Assembly: GCA_016839765.1 (NCBI GenBank)
Contig: JAEOTP010000004.1
Coordinates: 1 to 53,092, forward strand
Direction of reading: 5' to 3'
Origin: Promethearchaeota archaeon
GTDB lineage: Archaea > Asgardarchaeota > Lokiarchaeia > Sigyniarchaeales > SOKP01
Length of the DNA stretch: 53,092 nt
The first letter of the stretch is position 1. Each line of letters opens with the position of its first letter. This document shows, piece after piece, positions 17,101 to 25,766 of the stretch. The notes beneath the pieces are model-generated. The model searched no databases, had not been told where the DNA came from, and saw nothing but the letters and a program-made list of their open reading frames with translations. Position numbers and translations under genes: made by a program.

Positions 17101-19090
17101 TGATACATTTTTGAGCTTGATCTAGTATCTTGAAAGCATCCTCCTTCCTTCTCTGTCGATATTCTAATTCTTTATCTTTTTCTCTTATTTTTACTTCTTT
17201 TTTCCTCAGCTTCTCTCGTTCTGTTCGTAACTGAGTCGCAATTCTTTCTTGAAAATCATATTCTTCTTTTTGTCTTTCAATTTCTCTTTGGATATCTTTT
17301 TGTTTTTTTATTTCAATTTCGTTCTTCATATTTTCTAATTCTTTAATCGATGCTTCAATCAGAGGTATTTCTTCCTGCCATTGAATACTCGTAAAAATGT
17401 TACCTGCATTTTGATAAGCTAAAATTGCATTATCTAAATTCCCCATTTTAATATACTTTTGGGCTTCATCTAGCGCTTTAAATGCGGAATCTTTACGTTG
17501 CTCGATAAATCCTTGCTTATCCTTATCCAATTGGATTTCAATTTCTTTTTCTTTTAACTTTTTGCGTTCTCTTTCTAATAGAGTTGAAATTTGCTTCTGA
17601 AACTCTAATTCTTGTTTTGATTTTTCCTCTAATTTTTTCTGTGCTTCAAACTCCTTTTCATATTGCGTTTCTTTTAGTTTCTTCACACTATCGATAGTGG
17701 TTTTAATTGTAGGGATATAAGATTCCCAACCTGATCCAAGATCAAGGAGTATTTCTAACGCATTTTGATATTCTTTGATTGCTCCATTAAAATCTTGATT
17801 TTGTTGGAGTTTGTTATCAGCTTTATCTAAAAAGGTAAAAAATTGGCTCTCTTTTTCCAATTGCGATTGTCTTTTTTGTACATATTCTCTATGTTGAACT
17901 TCAAAATCTTTTGCTGTCTGTATAACATGTTCTTTTTCTTTTAGAAACAACTGGTCTTGTATTTTTTCAAGATTATTTTCTCTCTTTTTTCTTATGTCTT
18001 CTAACTCTTCTTCTGCATTTTGCTTTTCCTTTATATCATCTATAAAATTCACAACAGGTTGGATATATGAATCCCATTCAATCGATTTAAATAATTCTAT
18101 GGCTCTTTGAAATTTTTCAATGGCTTTTGTGTACTCCTTTTCCCTTTCTAGTTTTTTAGCAAAATCAATCAAATTAAATGCTTCAATTTGTATATCTTCC
18201 TCAGATCTTCTTTTATACTCAAATTCAACTACTTTAGAACTATCTGGTAGCATTTGGGAATCAATTTCAGAATCATGAACAGCAGAAGATTCTTCAATTC
18301 GTTGTTTCGTTTCAAACCTTTCATAAATCTCTTTCTCTCTTATAAGCTTTTCAATTATAAATTGAATATTTTGCGTTTGGTCTTTCCATCCGATTGAGTT
18401 TAATAAATCAACTGCTTTTTCATAATTTTTAATTGCTTCATCAAATTTTTTATTTTTCTCATGAAATTTAGCGTTATCAATAAACGCAAAAGCATCATTT
18501 TGTACTTTCTCTTGTTTTGCTTTCATTTCTTGATATTTTCTAAGTTGTTCTGCCTTTTCGATACTCTTCTTTTCACCAAAAGCATCCACTACCTGAAGTT
18601 TCCCTCCTATTTGCGAAGGTAGTTGTATAGAAATATCCTTATCACTCTTAGTAGTTTTTTGAGTTTTATCCTTATCTGTAAGAGCAGCAACTTTCATTTT
18701 TAGATTTTGCAGCTGTGATTCAGACCACCCAGCTTGAGTTAATAACTTTATAGCAGAATTATATCGCTCGATTGCATCTTGAAAACTTCCATCTGATTCT
18801 AGTTCAGAGGCTCTGTCAATTATTACAAAAGCCTGATCCTGAAGTTTTTCAATTTGAGCACTTAGTTGTTCATGCTGATATAATCTCTGTTCTTTCATGA
18901 AAGTTTTTAAACCCTCTATTCTATCATACAATTCACTAACCCTATGCATCATATAACCACTTTTTTTAAGATTATCGGCAGCTAATTGATAGTTTTCAAT
19001 AGCTTCCTGTTCTTTTCCTTCTGCTTCAAATCTCTGGGCTATCTCTAAGTACTTGAGGGCTTCTTGAGCTAAATATTCATTATTCTGCAT
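14138..19090 (-). CDS. 1650-aa repeat protein: 14 TPR/MIT-like helical modules separated by charged helical spacers
   Basis: Motif AF.L(I/L)D.A......(G).F..AI..Y..A..I...I.W recurs 14 times with ~115-aa period; spacers are E/K/R/Q-rich. Confidence 0.85.
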   Translation of the reverse strand: MQNNEYLAQEALKYLEIAQRFEAEGKEQEAIENYQLAADNLKKSGYMMHRVSELYDRIEGLKTFMKEQRLYQHEQLSAQIEKLQDQAFVIIDRASELESDGSFQDAIERYNSAIKLLTQAGWSESQLQNLKMKVAALTDKDKTQKTTKSDKDISIQLPSQIGGKLQVVDAFGEKKSIEKAEQLRKYQEMKAKQEKVQNDAFAFIDNAKFHEKNKKFDEAIKNYEKAVDLLNSIGWKDQTQNIQFIIEKLIREKEIYERFETKQRIEESSAVHDSEIDSQMLPDSSKVVEFEYKRRSEEDIQIEAFNLIDFAKKLEREKEYTKAIEKFQRAIELFKSIEWDSYIQPVVNFIDDIKEKQNAEEELEDIRKKRENNLEKIQDQLFLKEKEHVIQTAKDFEVQHREYVQKRQSQLEKESQFFTFLDKADNKLQQNQDFNGAIKEYQNALEILLDLGSGWESYIPTIKTTIDSVKKLKETQYEKEFEAQKKLEEKSKQELEFQKQISTLLERERKKLKEKEIEIQLDKDKQGFIEQRKDSAFKALDEAQKYIKMGNLDNAILAYQNAGNIFTSIQWQEEIPLIEASIKELENMKNEIEIKKQKDIQREIERQKEEYDFQERIATQLRTEREKLRKKEVKIREKDKELEYRQRRKEDAFKILDQAQKCINEANFDKAIEYYHIVANIFAEIQWYDEVEFIGNAIIEIENQKKDLLLKRQGELQKKLDRERREKEFQINIVEQLKLQKEMFKQKALKLRDNNKELEYREQKRGEAFILIEKAQNYLSLGRFNEAIETYRNVANIFAQIQWKEEIPIIHNAIMEIETKKKEKELLKQKHIEEGVKKELEDFKFFNRIKHQREIEIKKMQKEQEILAKKKELSAQQLSKQDQAFKLIDKGDSLLNQERFEDAMTTYQQALDLLNSIGWKGVYVKLIRETINEINFKKEEKEKAKLREKELARKQIEEERKFEMKLAEQMKRERERFKEKKIEIEKKEVIMEQINSLKIEAFDLMDKAEDLLNIGLYEQAIELYHQAELVLNEIQYPTDAIKELILNIQEKKREKDLARHYDLEQEIRKEKEEKIFQQKIVEYMNFEKEKIKNKQIKLRKREIVKEFMEKRKEDAFDLLDQAESFLKAALYDKALEFYHSSELILNEIQFPTESVREMILKVTDKTREQELEKQKELEIKIQKEKEQQKFNKKVAEQISREKARLKEKKIKIQEIEKVKATVEEKKEEAFKILDDAEHFIKTKDYNKAINIYRQVMLILNEIQFPTDSITEMIVKVENLKKQQFVQQQAKLKRELAKIEEEKKLRVLIEERRKYEREKQLAQKIALQERERLVQEQLSNREAAYSLLEKAGNYLMRKMPDYDKAISLYNQARNILAEKVGWEPEINNINILIKDLEQEKKNSIEKKKREENIRIKRQREYEKFQEEIRQRREEYLRRKRDQQKKMSQIKQQQQYANQLKDEGLKLIDEGKRLAIHHDFEKAYNYFEQAIAKFNEIGWDEQTKFIEKEIENTRLLQEKVKEEEKRIQKIYEELVSKKHLEEIRLKENEIKIQGTIGELSDMTGEISHLIKNQIKEQKSKQKEEKEIEKKAAKKFRKDMKELINLKQELINEIKRSKEDAAKKREEIQLSRDKEKADEIKEMLKDLTKKKKK

Positions 19091-19309
19091 TTTAAATACT
19101 TCTCTTGAAATAGTTTTTAATTGGGAATAAATTGATGGCTAAAAACATTTTACCATTCCTACAATAAATTAAACCCTTTTATCAAATAAATTTTTTATAT
19201 CTTGCCAATTAATTTATGTAAATTAAATAAGTTAAAAATTTTTTATATACAAAAATTATTATCTCTAATTTCTCATCAGAGTTTAAATATTATTTTATGA
19301 GATTTAGGT

Positions 19310-21277
19310 ATGGAAAAAAATAACAATAATATAATTTTGGACTTAGAACCTATTTCTAGAAGACTTTATTTTCCAAAAGAAAAGACTATATATCATGTTT
19401 TAATAGACTTAGGTATTCAAATTAGAACCTTGTGTGGGGGTGTAGGAAGTTGTGGAAAATGTAAACTTCAGATTAATAAAGGAAAGGAAATCTTAAACTC
19501 TCCCACGCAATCTGAAATAGAAGTATTAAATATAACTGAATTAGCAGAAGGTTGGAGATTAGCTTGTCAAACTAAGATCAATAAAGCAAAAATAAAACAA
19601 TTAAAGCTGCCTAAACCGCCACAAGTTATTATATTCCTACCTGATGAATTATTGATTGAAGATTTTAAAATATTAACTTCAGGCATCAAAAAAAAAATTA
19701 GAATCCTTCCTAATGTTAAAAAATTTTTTATAAGCGTTGAAAATGCATCACTTGATAATCCCATCGCTGATTTAGAACGAATTCTTTCTGTTATTAATTC
19801 TATATCCAAAAATCAAAGAAAAATAAGAGAATATGAGGTTGAGCTCGAAGTGTTAAAAAATATTTCAGAACTTTTGAAAGAACATTCCAATAAGCTAACA
19901 ATTACAATATTAAATGCTTCTAAGATAATACATTGTGAACCCAAAAATAAAGTAGAGGAAAATTATGGAGTGGCTTTTGATATTGGAACAACAACAATAG
20001 TAGGATATTTAATCAACCTTAATGACGGGAAAACATATGCTGTTGCATCAATGCTAAATCCTCAAACCGCTTATGGAGAAGATGTAATCACTAGGATTAC
20101 TTATACTAAAGATAATAAAGGTGGTCTTCAGAAATTAAATACTATTGTTGTTGAAGCATTAAATAAATTAATTTTGAAATTATGCTCCAAAGCAAAAATT
20201 AATCCCCCACAAATATTTGAAGTGTCAGTTGTTGGTAATTCCGTTATGCATCACCTCTTTTTAGGATTAAATCCTGTAAATATTGGATTGAGTCCTTATG
20301 TTCCTGTAGTTCAACAACCATTAAATATAACCCCTAAGAATGTAAATTTAAATATACATCCCTATGGAAATGTATATATCTTACCATTAATAGCGGGATT
20401 TGTTGGTGCAGATACTATTGGAGTAATACTTTCCTCTAAAATAGATGAAGAACTTGATTTAACCTTGGCATTGGACATTGGTACGAATGGTGAAATTATT
20501 ATTGGGAATAAGGATGTTTTAGCTACCGGGTCCTGTGCCGCAGGATCTGCTTTAGAAGGAGCCCATATAAAAGATGGAATGAGAGCTGCGGGAGGTGCAA
20601 TAGATACAATTAACATAGATCCTCAAACGTTAAATGTCTCATTTACTACCATAAGAAATAGAAAACCTATTGGAATCTGTGGTTCTGGATTAATAGATGC
20701 TGTAGCTGAATTAATAAAATCTAAAGTGATAACTCGTAGTGGTAACTTTAACAAGGAATTAATTGATAGCGATAGATTCTTACAGAAGGATAAAAAACTA
20801 GAATTTGTTATTGTAAAAAAAACTGAAACTGCTATTGGAAGAGAAATTACGCTTTCACAAAAAGATATTAGAGAAATTCAAATGGCAAAAGCAGCGTTTT
20901 TTTCAGGAACAAGAATAATACTTGATTATCTTAGAAAAAAGTATAAAACAAATTATATAATTGAACAAATTTTTTTAGCTGGAGCTTTTGGAAATTATAT
21001 AAACAAAGAGAGTGCAAAATTTATTGGAATGATTCCAGATATCCCATCTGAGAGAATTTTTCAAATAGGTAATGCGGCGGGAATTGGTGCAATAAATTGT
21101 TTATTAAATAAAGAACTCAGAATTAAAGCTCATAATTTATTAGAAGATATTGATTATGTGGAAATAGCTTTAGAAAAGAATTTTCAACGAGAATATGCCG
21201 AAGCAATGTATTTTCCCCATTTAAATTTAGATTTTTTTCCAAATCTAGATGCGTATAAAGATATTCCAAAAAGATGA
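19310..21277 (+). CDS. ASKHA-type reductive activator of corrinoid proteins (RACo/DUF4445) with N-terminal [2Fe-2S]
   Basis: CGGVGSCGKC...RLACQ; DIGTTT, NPQ..YGEDVI.RI, GFVGAD, DIGTNGE, GICGSG, LAGAFG, GNAAG. Confidence 0.9.
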   Translation: MEKNNNNIILDLEPISRRLYFPKEKTIYHVLIDLGIQIRTLCGGVGSCGKCKLQINKGKEILNSPTQSEIEVLNITELAEGWRLACQTKINKAKIKQLKLPKPPQVIIFLPDELLIEDFKILTSGIKKKIRILPNVKKFFISVENASLDNPIADLERILSVINSISKNQRKIREYEVELEVLKNISELLKEHSNKLTITILNASKIIHCEPKNKVEENYGVAFDIGTTTIVGYLINLNDGKTYAVASMLNPQTAYGEDVITRITYTKDNKGGLQKLNTIVVEALNKLILKLCSKAKINPPQIFEVSVVGNSVMHHLFLGLNPVNIGLSPYVPVVQQPLNITPKNVNLNIHPYGNVYILPLIAGFVGADTIGVILSSKIDEELDLTLALDIGTNGEIIIGNKDVLATGSCAAGSALEGAHIKDGMRAAGGAIDTINIDPQTLNVSFTTIRNRKPIGICGSGLIDAVAELIKSKVITRSGNFNKELIDSDRFLQKDKKLEFVIVKKTETAIGREITLSQKDIREIQMAKAAFFSGTRIILDYLRKKYKTNYIIEQIFLAGAFGNYINKESAKFIGMIPDIPSERIFQIGNAAGIGAINCLLNKELRIKAHNLLEDIDYVEIALEKNFQREYAEAMYFPHLNLDFFPNLDAYKDIPKR

Positions 21278-21569
21278 TATTGAATTCTAATTATAAAATC
21301 TATTTAAATATCCATTGGTTTATAAAAATCTATTTATAAAATTGTATAGAAATCAAAATAAATCAACTAAAATCAATTATTTAATAATTTACTGATTAAA
21401 AATTGTGTAAAAATATTTAAGAAATAAATACATTAAATCTTTAACAAGAATAATATAAATTTTCAAAAAAGAATTAAATAAATTCTTAAATAACTATTAC
21501 GATAATAATTTATATACCATTAAATATTTTTTAAATAATATAAGAATTATAGTCAAGAAGAGATACATT

Positions 21570-22097
21570 ATGTCGAGTTTTAAATTAAAGGTATTGCTTA
21601 CCGGAGCCGCGGCCGTTGGGAAAACGAGTTTGGTCCAACGATTTATAAAGAATCGATTTGCGGCAAACTATAAGTTAACTGTTGGAGTAGACATCTTGAC
21701 CAAGGACGTAGAATTCAGATCGGGAGAAATAGCCACCTTAAGTATTTGGGATATCGGAGGACAGCAACGTTTTGAATTCATTAGATCAACATTTTATAAG
21801 GGAGCTGCTGGAGCTCTATTAGTTTTTGATTTAACAAGAGAACAAACTTACACAGAAACAAGGAAGTGGCTTACTGAGATACGCCAATTTGCTGGAGAAA
21901 ATATCCCATTTGTTTTGATTGGGAATAAGGCAGATTTACTTGAGGACGTTGGAATGGTAATTGATCGAAATGAAGCCAGCTCTTTTGCTGAAAAAGAAAA
22001 AAGCATTTACATCGAAACTTCAGCTAAAACTGGTATTAATGTTGATGAATCGTTTACAGAATTAACTAGAAGAATTATTGATTCTCGAACGCAATAA
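21570..22097 (+). CDS. Rab-like small GTPase
   Basis: G1 GAAAVGKT, G2 TVGVD, G3 WDIGGQ, G4 NKAD, G5 ETSAK; RabF-like RFEFIR, FYKGA, LVFDLT; no C-terminal Cys. Confidence 0.93.
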   Translation: MSSFKLKVLLTGAAAVGKTSLVQRFIKNRFAANYKLTVGVDILTKDVEFRSGEIATLSIWDIGGQQRFEFIRSTFYKGAAGALLVFDLTREQTYTETRKWLTEIRQFAGENIPFVLIGNKADLLEDVGMVIDRNEASSFAEKEKSIYIETSAKTGINVDESFTELTRRIIDSRTQ

Positions 22098-22173
22098 TCT
22101 ATTGCATCCTTTTTCTTAATTAAGATGGTTATAATGTATTAAACCTACTAGATTGTTTCTAAAGGATATATAA

Positions 22174-23583
22174 CTATTCAAAATCTTCATACAAATCATT
22201 GTGAATAACATTAATAGCATCAATAAGCTTCCCTTTACTTATTACTAGCGAAAAATTTAATTCCTCAATACTTTGGGTTAATGCTTTTACTTTAATCTGC
22301 TTTTTTTCTAATGCTTGGAATATTTTAACTTTTGTTAGGTTATCCAAAACTTTTAGACCAGTTATATTAATTATTGCCACTTCTTCATTTTTTATCTCAA
22401 AGAAGTCTGAAAAATATCCTGATTTATCTAAGGCCATAAGTGCTTTTTCAGCATCTTCTTTCTTTACTATGAATGAAGTGCTAATTTCTGAAGCACTTTG
22501 AGCGACTAAAGAAACACTAATACTATTTTTACTCATAATTTTGAATATTTTTGCTAAGACTCCCGGAACATCAACTAAACTTCCAGAAGTTATAGAAATT
22601 ATTATCGCATCCTCAACAGCAGAAATTCCTTTTATGAAACTTTTATCTGTATATCCTGAAATGGTTGTATAATCTATTTTCTCTAAAGGTTTATCAAAAT
22701 TCCTAATTTCTAATGGAATTCTTTTTTTCTCAATAGCTTCTAAACATTTGGGATGTAAGACTTTTGCTCCAAAATTTGCGATATGTTTTGCCTCTTCATA
22801 ATCTAAATTTCGAATCAGGGATGCTTTTGGGATATAATTAGGATCAATTGATAATAAGCCATCAACATCCTTCCATAATATTACTTTGATATCTTTATCA
22901 CTTCCCATTTCGTAAATAGAATGAGCTAATATTGTAGCTGTATAATCGGAACCTCCTCTTCCTAATGTTGTGGTATATCCTATTTTATTTCTTCCAATAA
23001 ATCCAGTAATACATACGATGGTACTTTTTTTAGGATTTTCCAAAAGAGGGATTAATAATCTCCCTACTCTAGCATTTGTTAAATTATAAAGAGGGTAAGC
23101 ATTATTAAATTCATCATTAGTTATCAATAATTTAGTCGCTGGAATAAAAATAGATTCAAAACCTCTACTCTTAAGAAATTGATTTAATATATAAGTTGAT
23201 ACCATTTCACCAAAACTTAGGATGTAATCCTTATAATATGGTTCTAAACCAAATTCTTTAACATCTCCAAAAACATCTTCAAGATCGCTTAACTTTCTGT
23301 CTAACCAATCTTTAGTCTTGTTAAATTCTTCAGATTCTTCTTCGAATATTTTCTCAATAATATCAAAATGTTTTTTTTCAAAAATAGCCATAGTTTTATC
23401 TAATTCTTTTTCCTTATCAATATCCTGAGTCATTTTTAGGAGAAGATCTGTTGATCCTCGAAGTGCTGATACAACGTACACCTTTTTTACGTTTTCATAT
23501 ATTTTCGTTACTTCGAAGATTTTTTTAAAGGCATTTTTATCATTCAGACAACTGCCTCCAAATTTCATAATAATTATTGTCAT
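22174..23583 (-). CDS. lysC: Aspartate kinase with C-terminal tandem ACT domains
   Basis: KFGG, VVSA, SFGE, TTLGRGGSDYTA, WKDVDG, GAKVLHP; ACT motif PGVLAKIF..SVSLVAQSASE. Confidence 0.93.
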   Translation of the reverse strand: MTIIIMKFGGSCLNDKNAFKKIFEVTKIYENVKKVYVVSALRGSTDLLLKMTQDIDKEKELDKTMAIFEKKHFDIIEKIFEEESEEFNKTKDWLDRKLSDLEDVFGDVKEFGLEPYYKDYILSFGEMVSTYILNQFLKSRGFESIFIPATKLLITNDEFNNAYPLYNLTNARVGRLLIPLLENPKKSTIVCITGFIGRNKIGYTTTLGRGGSDYTATILAHSIYEMGSDKDIKVILWKDVDGLLSIDPNYIPKASLIRNLDYEEAKHIANFGAKVLHPKCLEAIEKKRIPLEIRNFDKPLEKIDYTTISGYTDKSFIKGISAVEDAIIISITSGSLVDVPGVLAKIFKIMSKNSISVSLVAQSASEISTSFIVKKEDAEKALMALDKSGYFSDFFEIKNEEVAIINITGLKVLDNLTKVKIFQALEKKQIKVKALTQSIEELNFSLVISKGKLIDAINVIHNDLYEDFE

Positions 23584-23731
23584 AACTTACACTACTGATT
23601 AAAAATTTTCTTTAAAATTATTTATTTCTATTCGTTATTTAAAGTAATGCAATAAAGAAATTTAAAAACAAGACTCAAAGTGAAAAAGTAAATTAGTCTT
23701 AAAAATCTTTAGCAACCAAAACTCATAAAAA

Positions 23732-25726
23732 TTAATTAAATTTTTTTAATAGTTCTTCTAATTCATGAATTTGGCTATTAACGTTTTTCTCAATTTCTCT
23801 TAATTTATTTTTCTTATTCTCAAGTTCTTTAGCAGTAATTTCTCCTGTTAATTCTTTCATATCAAATTCTAATGACATTTTTGAAATATTTGCCCTCTTA
23901 ATTTTTAAATCCATCAACGAATTTTCTAGATCTCCCTTCTGTTGAATGTTTAATGTAGTACTAGGTTCGATTTGTGCACTTTTTTGTTGTGTGGTTGTAA
24001 TAGGTGTATCTGGAACTGGTTTTTTTTCTGGTTTAATTAACTTTGTTGGAACGACTGGTACAGGAGTTTGTGGTTGTTCAGTGGGTTGAATCTCAGGTGG
24101 TCTCTGAGTGACCGGAGTTGGTTTTAATTTTGGCGGGGTTACTTGTTTTATTGATTTTGGTTTGATTAATTTAGTTGGAGCAACAGCCTTAGGTTCCTTT
24201 TTTACTTGTTGATTTTCAACTTGAGCATATGGAGATATTGTTAATTTTTCCTTTGCATCCTTAGGAACTGTTGTTATAGTTTTAGGTCTTTCTTTTACCA
24301 TAAAATCTTCCGGATTTAGATTTAAACCCACATCTAAGGGGGGTGATTCAGGTTTTTGAAGACTTTCTGGTTCAGCTATAGGTTCTTTTGGTGGAGGAGG
24401 GGGAGGGATAGCTTTTTTTTCTGGAATTTCAGGAATGCTCTCTTCTTCAATTATTTTAACAGGTCCCTTATGCACTTTAGGTTCTATGGGGTCTGCTGAT
24501 TTTCCTAGAACTTTTGGTTTTTCAAGTGTTATTGGTTCCTCTGGAGGTTTTCGTAGATCAGGAGGTAGCGGTGGTGTTTCAACTGGTTTAGGCTCTGTGG
24601 CGACTTTTTCTGTTGAAATTGGAACCTCCTCTGGTTTAGCTTTTTTAGGTTCGGTAATCGCTGGAGAGGTTGGTTGTGGAGGTGAAACTTGCTGAAGCAT
24701 GTTTTTAATTTTTTGAGATTTTTCGAAAAATTCTCTTCCTAATGAATCATCACCTAATTCAATACATAAATCACTAATTTTCTCAAAAATGTTTGCTGCT
24801 CTTTCAAACTCAGCATTCTCTAATGCTTTTGTGGCTTCTTCTATATGAGTATCTCTTTTCAATAAAGGTTGCAATAATGGTGATACTTCTGCACTCATTT
24901 CTAAAATATCTGCAATAATTGTTATCATTTTATCTCTGTTAACAGGATCTTTTGCAATCATTGAATAAGTCTTTAAACCTAAAATTTTTTCAATTTGATC
25001 AGGCTTCATTGCAGTTTGTAGATCTTGTTTATTCCCTATTACAGCGGTATGAGCATGGGGTGCTTGTACTTTTATTAATTCCAAGAAAAACTTACTTTTC
25101 TCTACATTTTCTAAACTAGATTCTGTAATTAAAAGGACAGCATCGCTACCTTTGATAAAATTATTCCAAAGATAACTAAATTGCTCTTGACCTGCAAAAT
25201 CCCAGAGGTGAAAATGTAATTTTCCAATCTTAATTGTAGCAATATCACCAGTAATTGTTGGAATATGCTGCATAGGAATTTCTTCTGCTTTTATAAGCCT
25301 TGTTATTGTTGTTTTACCAACTCCAGAAAATCCTACCAGTGATATCTTTGGTCTTAAATTTTTATGAATTGCATCAATGGTAGGATCAAAAACTTCAAAG
25401 GTTTTATCGTCATATTTATGCTTTATAATATCTTCAAATAGATTTAAAAACTCTTTTTTACATTTTATTAATTCTTTTTTAATATTATCAAAATTATCAG
25501 TTAATCCAGTAACAAACAAAAATATTACTTCTAATTTTGTTTCGGTGATATATGAAATTCTATATTTATAATAATCATGATAGTTTACTTTATCTGTACT
25601 TTTAACAAAAGCATCTTTCATCAAGTCAACAACTAATGCATTAAATATTTCTGTTTTTAGGGCTTTCCCAAAATGTCTATAATAGATCAAATCACTGCCC
25701 TTATAGATGTATACTTGTCTTAGAAT
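23732..25726 (-). CDS. Multidomain Arf-like GTPase: longin-like N-domain, GTPase, helical bundle, Pro-rich region, C-terminal coiled coil
   Basis: GFSGVGKT, PTITG, WDFAGQ..SYLW, NKQDL. The frame is open upstream of TTG 25690 to 25732 and gives ILRQVYIYKGSDLIYYRHF, so the start is placed at ATT 25726 (uncertain). Confidence 0.85.
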   Translation of the reverse strand: MLRQVYIYKGSDLIYYRHFGKALKTEIFNALVVDLMKDAFVKSTDKVNYHDYYKYRISYITETKLEVIFLFVTGLTDNFDNIKKELIKCKKEFLNLFEDIIKHKYDDKTFEVFDPTIDAIHKNLRPKISLVGFSGVGKTTITRLIKAEEIPMQHIPTITGDIATIKIGKLHFHLWDFAGQEQFSYLWNNFIKGSDAVLLITESSLENVEKSKFFLELIKVQAPHAHTAVIGNKQDLQTAMKPDQIEKILGLKTYSMIAKDPVNRDKMITIIADILEMSAEVSPLLQPLLKRDTHIEEATKALENAEFERAANIFEKISDLCIELGDDSLGREFFEKSQKIKNMLQQVSPPQPTSPAITEPKKAKPEEVPISTEKVATEPKPVETPPLPPDLRKPPEEPITLEKPKVLGKSADPIEPKVHKGPVKIIEEESIPEIPEKKAIPPPPPPKEPIAEPESLQKPESPPLDVGLNLNPEDFMVKERPKTITTVPKDAKEKLTISPYAQVENQQVKKEPKAVAPTKLIKPKSIKQVTPPKLKPTPVTQRPPEIQPTEQPQTPVPVVPTKLIKPEKKPVPDTPITTTQQKSAQIEPSTTLNIQQKGDLENSLMDLKIKRANISKMSLEFDMKELTGEITAKELENKKNKLREIEKNVNSQIHELEELLKKFN

Positions 25727-25732
25727 CGTGAA

Positions 25733-25737
25733 TCACC
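25733..25737 (-). promoter_or_regulatory. Shine-Dalgarno GGTGA for the longin-GTPase gene
   Basis: GGTGA lies 6 nt upstream of ATT (25726) and 3 nt upstream of ACG (25729). Confidence 0.55.
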
Positions 25738-25766
25738 ATAAAATTATTTATAAGAACTCCAATTTT

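Noticed and set aside
14138-19090. SMC/Rad50 or myosin-like call for the giant protein
   Set aside because: No Walker A/B, hinge or motor motifs; the similarity would be compositional only.
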